From Marsupella aquatica (Eukaryota > Plantae > Marchantiophyta): a stretch of 64,000 nucleotides of DNA. The notes beneath the pieces were generated by a model that had not been told where the DNA came from, made no database searches, and saw nothing but the letters and a program-made list of their open reading frames with translations. Below are positions 59,031 through 64,000 of this stretch, piece after piece. The stretch is taken from assembly GCA_973895155.1 (NCBI GenBank), contig OZ316897.1, positions 21,239,355-21,303,354 on the forward strand. The letters run 5' to 3'. The translations under genes and the position numbers were made by a program. How positions within the stretch are numbered: position 1 is the stretch's first letter; each line of letters starts with the position of its first letter.

Positions 59031-62000
59031 ATGCCCACTACAAGGAGTCAAGCACTAAAAGAAGCCTCTCTTAGTTTCAACTTTGGTGACCAGTTGGAGC
59101 AACCAGATTGGGTGGACATTCATTTGCAAGCTGAAGCGGAACCTGGTGTAGGGTGGAGTGATACATCTTCTTCCACTACCAACACAAGTGAAGATCAAGA
59201 AGCAGCCATGGTGGTGACTCAAAGAGCAAGATTTCAGTACAAGACATTCCATGGCAAGCCCAAGGAGGATCCTGATGCTTGGTTGGAGGACTTCATTGGG
59301 ACAGCCCAAGCCAATGGAGAGTTTGATATTAAGTTGACCACTTTGGCGGGGGTCTTGAGAGGAGAAGCAAGACCTTGGTTCAATAGCCTATCAAATGCCA
59401 TCAAGAATGATTGGGATGCCTTCAAGCTAGCATTCTTGCAGGAGTTTAGGAAGGTGGGAGAAGAATCGGAAGCTCTGATCAAGATGGGAGAGATCAGAAT
59501 GGGATCCAAGGAGTCAGTAAGGAGGTTTCTGCAAAGGTTTCAAAGGTTAGCTACCAAGCTTGACCCCAGACCAGTAGACTCCATGTTGTTGGCTTGGTTT
59601 GTGGCAAGCCTACCCAAGAAGATGGGTGTCTCAGTAAGGCAATCTCACCCTAATACGTTGGATGAGGCCATTGAGGCGGCTCAGTCTTATAGGAGTGCTG
59701 AGATCTCTAGTTCCAAGAGTAGGAGAAAGAAGAAGCGATTTGCTTATAGTGATTCTTCTTCTAGCTCAAGTGAATCAAGTAGTTCAGTTGAGGATACTTC
59801 TGAGTCGGAATCTGAGGAGAGTAGTTCCAGTTCTGATTCAGAATCTGATTCTGAGGAGGACTCCGAGAAGAAGAAGAAGAAGAAGAAGAAGAAGGCAAAG
59901 AGAAAAAGCGACCAGAAGAGGAGAGCCAGCAAGAAGAAGCCAGGTGGTAAGCACCACAAATCTGCAACCTTCAACTTGGTGGAAGGTTCTACACCAGCAA
60001 CCAAGGAGAAGAAGGTGATGGATAACAAGATGAGTGAGATCACCAACCAACTCAAGGCCCTATCAGTTCACTTTGCTGGTGTGCAACCTGATAGGAGAAA
60101 AGTGCCGGTGAATAGAGCCCATGTATGGTGTGTCAAGTGCAAGAGTTTTGGCCATACACCTCAAGAGTGTCAAGGTTGGAGGAATCAAGTTCAGTATGTC
60201 AATGAAGAGTCCAACGATGTTTATCAAGCAAGCGAAGTGGTGGACTACTTCTATGAAGAAGCCCCGGAGATGGTGTACCAGATTTCAGGAGGCCCAAGAA
60301 CTTTGCAAGGAAGACCAGCTCCACCCATGGCACCTCAACTGATGCCTGGTCTTCAACCAAGGATGGTGGATCAAATGGGACCTCAAGGACCTGGGGGAGT
60401 GGCAAGAACTACCGTGGTGATCTGCTGGAACTGTCAAAAACCAGGGCACTATTCCAACAGTTGCCCCGAACCAAGGAGGCAGGGACAAGGAGCTCCCTAT
60501 CCTCTTTGTGCTGTGTGCAAAAGGGAGGGTCATACCACAGCCAACTGTCCTATTGGATCTGCTGCCAAGATGATGATAGGAAGGATAGAAGCACCACCAC
60601 CAGCGGTTGCCAAGGCTCCCGGTGAAGCCACAGTGAACTTCTTGAGTATGGAGTGGCAAGAGGAGGCCAAAGATGGAGTGACACAAGTTGCTGGTGGGGA
60701 GAACCAGCCAGATCTACCAGGAATGGAGACACCTGAGGAGGAAGCTGTGTGTTACAAGGTGTCTACCAGGTCCACAAGAAAGAAGGAAAGAGTGGAAGAG
60801 AGGAAGAAGAGGAAGGAGAGAAAGGAGCACTCAACGGAGTCACCAATCGAAGTTGAAGTTGGAGCAGAAGTTCAAGTCCCACCAGCTGAAGATAGTGACT
60901 ACAAGAGAGACCATCCGAAGCTCTTCTATCCCAAGGTGAATGAGGAAGTCAAGAGGCAACTAGAGGAGATGGAGGCTAAGGAGCATCAAGAGGCCATCAA
61001 CAAAGACCTGAAGGTTGCTAAAGCTTTGAAGGAAAAAGCTGAGGTGGAAGAGAAGAAAGAGACCAGCAAGGTACCCTCTTATGACATCAAGAAGGATGTG
61101 AAAGATTGTTTGGTTACTGCTACAGTGGGGCAGCTGATCAAAGACAACCCTTTGTATAGGAGGCAACTGAAGGAGATGTTGGTAGGAAGGAGAAGAAGGA
61201 AGCTTCCAAAGGTTGGTACCCCAGCTGATGTGATGATGGTTTGTGAAGACCTTGGAGCACCTGAGATTGATGTTCAAGTAAATGGGTGTGTACTCTCGTA
61301 TGTACCAGTTGATGGAGGCTCAGGTGTGAATATCATGATTGAGGCTACTGCCCAACAACTAGGTTTCAAGAAACTTCAGCCAACAGCAAGGACAATGAGG
61401 CTAGCAAATGGAGCAAGAGTGCTACCGGTGGGGACACTTACTCAAGTACCTACTCTCATTGGGGGGCAGGAGTTCTTGTTGAATTACTTGGTGATGAGAC
61501 CAGCAAGGCCATCTACTTACCCAATCTTGATTGGGAGGCCTTGGCTATATGGAGCCAAAGTAGTGTCTGATTGGGGCAAGAAGGAGTTTAGGTTTGGCAA
61601 ACCAGCCACTTCAGTTTCATGGGGTCATGACAAGCATCAAGGAGAGACTACTGATGAGTTGGATGAATATGATTCTGAACTTTCCGATGAGTTGAGTACC
61701 AAATCTGAATCTGATGAGGATGAGGTATACATGTTGAACATGGTGAGCCAATGGACTGAAGAAGAAGTGTTTGGAGAGGAGCAAGAGCAGGAGGCTCTTA
61801 CCAGCCATTCACCTCTGCCCAGTCTCAGTGAAGTGACCAGTCTCGAGGAGGTGAAGCAGGCTGAGACCTCAGCCAAGGAGAGCAACCAAGAAGACACTAT
61901 CACAATGGCTCAGGAGGTTGATCAGACCAGCAAGGGTGCTGCCCAAGTTGAGATCAAGACAAGGAGTAATGACCAGAGGTTAAAGGCTAAGCACTTAGCC

Positions 62001-64000
62001 TTGTTAAAGCTCAAGATAAAGGAGCTAGAGGACCAATTGAAGGCTGCAAACTCAGAGGAGGATGAGACTCAGGAAGACCAGCATTCAAGCAAGGAGAAGG
62101 AGGAGTTAAGTGCTGAAAATGCACCCGTCTATGGAGGCATGAGGTTGGCACAACTTGAGGGCACTTTTGACTCCACAATGAGGAACAAGATGGAGGTGAT
62201 TCGAGCTGAGCAGTACAGAACCATCTCTGTCCAGCAAGACAAGACCTTCAACTTGGGAAATGCCCTGGGATCAGGTGAAGAGAAAACTATCCAAGATTTG
62301 CTAGGTGAATATGTGGATGTGTTTGCTTGGAGTCACTTGGATCTTACTGGTGTAAACCCTGAACTTGGTGAGCATAGAATCGACTTGATGCTAGGAGCTT
62401 CACCTGTGAGACAAAGGCAATATCGGATGAATCCCAAGTACTCCTTGATGGTGAAGGAAGAGATAGACAAATTGCTGGAAGCAGGTTTCATCTATCCTGT
62501 GTTGAATAGTGAGTGGGTTTCTCCAATTGTCATAGTACCAAAGAAACCAGGCTTGGATGGTAAGCCTAAGATCCGAGTTTGCCAAGACTTTAGGAAACTC
62601 AATGAGGCCACTAAGAAGGACCACTATCCCATTCCATTTACTGATATGGTACTTGATTTAGTAGCTGGTTGGGAAGTGTATAGCTTCCTAGATGGGTACT
62701 CAGGTTACAACCAGATTTGGATAAGGAAGGAGGACCAGTTGAAGACAGCCTTTACTACTGAGTGGGGGATTTATGCCTTTCGGAGGATGCCTTTTGGTCT
62801 TTGTAATGCCCCTGGTATGTTCCAAAGGTTGATGATGAATATCTTTCATGACTACTTGAGAAAGTTCTTGGAAGTATTCATAGATGACTTTGCTGTTTTT
62901 GGAAGGGGGAAGGACCATGTTGAACATTTGAGGATGACCTTCCAAAGATGTAGGGAAGTTGGTTTGAAGCTTCACCCAGGGAAGTGCTTCTTTGGTGTGG
63001 AAGAAGGGATACTACTTGGCCACAAGGTATCCAAGAAGGGCATAGAAGTGGACCAAGAGAAGGTTGCTGTTTGGATGGCTGTCAAGTTTCCAACTTCAGT
63101 GACAGAGTTGAGGGGATTCTTGGGATGTTTAAACTACTATAGAAGGTTCATTAAGGACTTTGCTAAAGTAGCTTTACCCCTAACCAGCATGCTTAAGAAG
63201 GGGGCTGAGGTTGAACCCTCAGTTGAGAGGCTAGCAAGTTTTCAGGAGTTGAAGAACAGGTTGGTTGAAGCCCCTATCTTGATAGCACCAGATTGGAGTA
63301 GAGAATTTCATGTGTATGTGGATGTGTCTGGCTTTTGTATTGGTGTGGTGCTTAGTCAACTTGATGACCAGAATAGGGATCACCCTATCTACTTTGCAAG
63401 TAGACTATTGGCACCAGCTGAAAAGAATTACTCACCAACCGATAGAGAAGCTCTAGGAATCATCTACTCTTGTAAGAAGTTTAGGCACTACTTGTTGGGC
63501 TATAAGGTGGTCTTTCATACTGATCACAATGCTCTCAAGTATATGGTGAATAAACCTGATGTAACTGGTAGAGTGGCAAGGTGGATCTTGTTGCTCCAAG
63601 AGTTTGATTATGAGGTGAGGGTCAGGCCTGGTAAGAAGCATGGGAATGCAGACTTCTTCTCAAGGATTGAAGGAGAAGAGGACTTGAAGGAGGTGGATGA
63701 TCAGTTTCCAGATGAAGACCTCTTTCATGTGGGAAGTGGAGGAGATACATGGTATTTGGATATCATCCAATTTCTTCTCACAACCCGGCTACCAAGAGAT
63801 TTGAACCAAGAGGAGGCTGCTGTTTTCCTGAGAAAAATCAGACCTTACTTATTGGTGAAGGGTGTCCTTCACAAGGAAGGAGTTGATGGGAGACTAAGGA
63901 GGTGTTTGGAGAAGAAGGAAATCTCCATTGTGATGAGAGCTATGCATGAGGAGGAGGCTGGTGGCCATTATGCAAGTGCAACAACAGCAAGGAAAATTCT
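59031..64000 (+). CDS. gag-pol: Element C gag-pol, apparently uninterrupted to the window end
   Basis: ATG 59031 (MPTTRSQ, compare B MPVTRSQ). The same frame reads EEAGGHYASATTARKI at the window end, and the track lists no stop-terminated ORF in this frame. Gag, knuckles, VDGGSGV, RT, RH and the start of INT are present. Confidence 0.92.
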   Translation, partial: MPTTRSQALKEASLSFNFGDQLEQPDWVDIHLQAEAEPGVGWSDTSSSTTNTSEDQEAAMVVTQRARFQYKTFHGKPKEDPDAWLEDFIGTAQANGEFDIKLTTLAGVLRGEARPWFNSLSNAIKNDWDAFKLAFLQEFRKVGEESEALIKMGEIRMGSKESVRRFLQRFQRLATKLDPRPVDSMLLAWFVASLPKKMGVSVRQSHPNTLDEAIEAAQSYRSAEISSSKSRRKKKRFAYSDSSSSSSESSSSVEDTSESESEESSSSSDSESDSEEDSEKKKKKKKKKAKRKSDQKRRASKKKPGGKHHKSATFNLVEGSTPATKEKKVMDNKMSEITNQLKALSVHFAGVQPDRRKVPVNRAHVWCVKCKSFGHTPQECQGWRNQVQYVNEESNDVYQASEVVDYFYEEAPEMVYQISGGPRTLQGRPAPPMAPQLMPGLQPRMVDQMGPQGPGGVARTTVVICWNCQKPGHYSNSCPEPRRQGQGAPYPLCAVCKREGHTTANCPIGSAAKMMIGRIEAPPPAVAKAPGEATVNFLSMEWQEEAKDGVTQVAGGENQPDLPGMETPEEEAVCYKVSTRSTRKKERVEERKKRKERKEHSTESPIEVEVGAEVQVPPAEDSDYKRDHPKLFYPKVNEEVKRQLEEMEAKEHQEAINKDLKVAKALKEKAEVEEKKETSKVPSYDIKKDVKDCLVTATVGQLIKDNPLYRRQLKEMLVGRRRRKLPKVGTPADVMMVCEDLGAPEIDVQVNGCVLSYVPVDGGSGVNIMIEATAQQLGFKKLQPTARTMRLANGARVLPVGTLTQVPTLIGGQEFLLNYLVMRPARPSTYPILIGRPWLYGAKVVSDWGKKEFRFGKPATSVSWGHDKHQGETTDELDEYDSELSDELSTKSESDEDEVYMLNMVSQWTEEEVFGEEQEQEALTSHSPLPSLSEVTSLEEVKQAETSAKESNQEDTITMAQEVDQTSKGAAQVEIKTRSNDQRLKAKHLALLKLKIKELEDQLKAANSEEDETQEDQHSSKEKEELSAENAPVYGGMRLAQLEGTFDSTMRNKMEVIRAEQYRTISVQQDKTFNLGNALGSGEEKTIQDLLGEYVDVFAWSHLDLTGVNPELGEHRIDLMLGASPVRQRQYRMNPKYSLMVKEEIDKLLEAGFIYPVLNSEWVSPIVIVPKKPGLDGKPKIRVCQDFRKLNEATKKDHYPIPFTDMVLDLVAGWEVYSFLDGYSGYNQIWIRKEDQLKTAFTTEWGIYAFRRMPFGLCNAPGMFQRLMMNIFHDYLRKFLEVFIDDFAVFGRGKDHVEHLRMTFQRCREVGLKLHPGKCFFGVEEGILLGHKVSKKGIEVDQEKVAVWMAVKFPTSVTELRGFLGCLNYYRRFIKDFAKVALPLTSMLKKGAEVEPSVERLASFQELKNRLVEAPILIAPDWSREFHVYVDVSGFCIGVVLSQLDDQNRDHPIYFASRLLAPAEKNYSPTDREALGIIYSCKKFRHYLLGYKVVFHTDHNALKYMVNKPDVTGRVARWILLLQEFDYEVRVRPGKKHGNADFFSRIEGEEDLKEVDDQFPDEDLFHVGSGGDTWYLDIIQFLLTTRLPRDLNQEEAAVFLRKIRPYLLVKGVLHKEGVDGRLRRCLEKKEISIVMRAMHEEEAGGHYASATTARKI

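Larger units (their letters stand above)
55724..64000 (+). mobile_element. Ty3/gypsy element C (same pol clade as A and B), runs off the window
   Basis: Inserted in E gag. 5' LTR about 55724-58896, PBS 58907-58924, then gag-pol. Confidence 0.9.

Overview
Eukaryotic land-plant DNA (a bryophyte or liverwort origin is only a guess), dominated by nested retroelements. Left half: a degenerate L1-type LINE is split by a non-chromovirus (Athila/Tat-like) Ty3/gypsy element A (664-30721, minus strand, TSD TCTAC). A contains a Ty1/copia element D (5048-10781, TSD GGATC) in its pol and a second, related gypsy element B (14432-26774) in its 5' LTR. Main result: A and B have very long LTRs (about 4.65 kb and about 4.0 kb), and each LTR carries a large sense-strand gene (about 1120 and 880 codons). 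The two proteins are homologous: N-terminal domain, basic NLS-like patches, a conserved ~190-aa domain resembling the Athila 'env-like'/plant-transposon domain, and a long coiled coil, with no transmembrane segment. Middle: two intronless host genes (a secreted S-protein-homolog-like gene and an ABCG half-transporter), microsatellites, minisatellites and a MITE-like inverted repeat. Right: a young internally deleted Bianca-type copia F, and a copia E interrupted by an apparently intact gypsy C whose 3.2-kb LTR has no long ORF and which uses a different tRNA primer. All alignments and mismatch counts were done by eye, and family assignments come from recalled motifs, not database searches.
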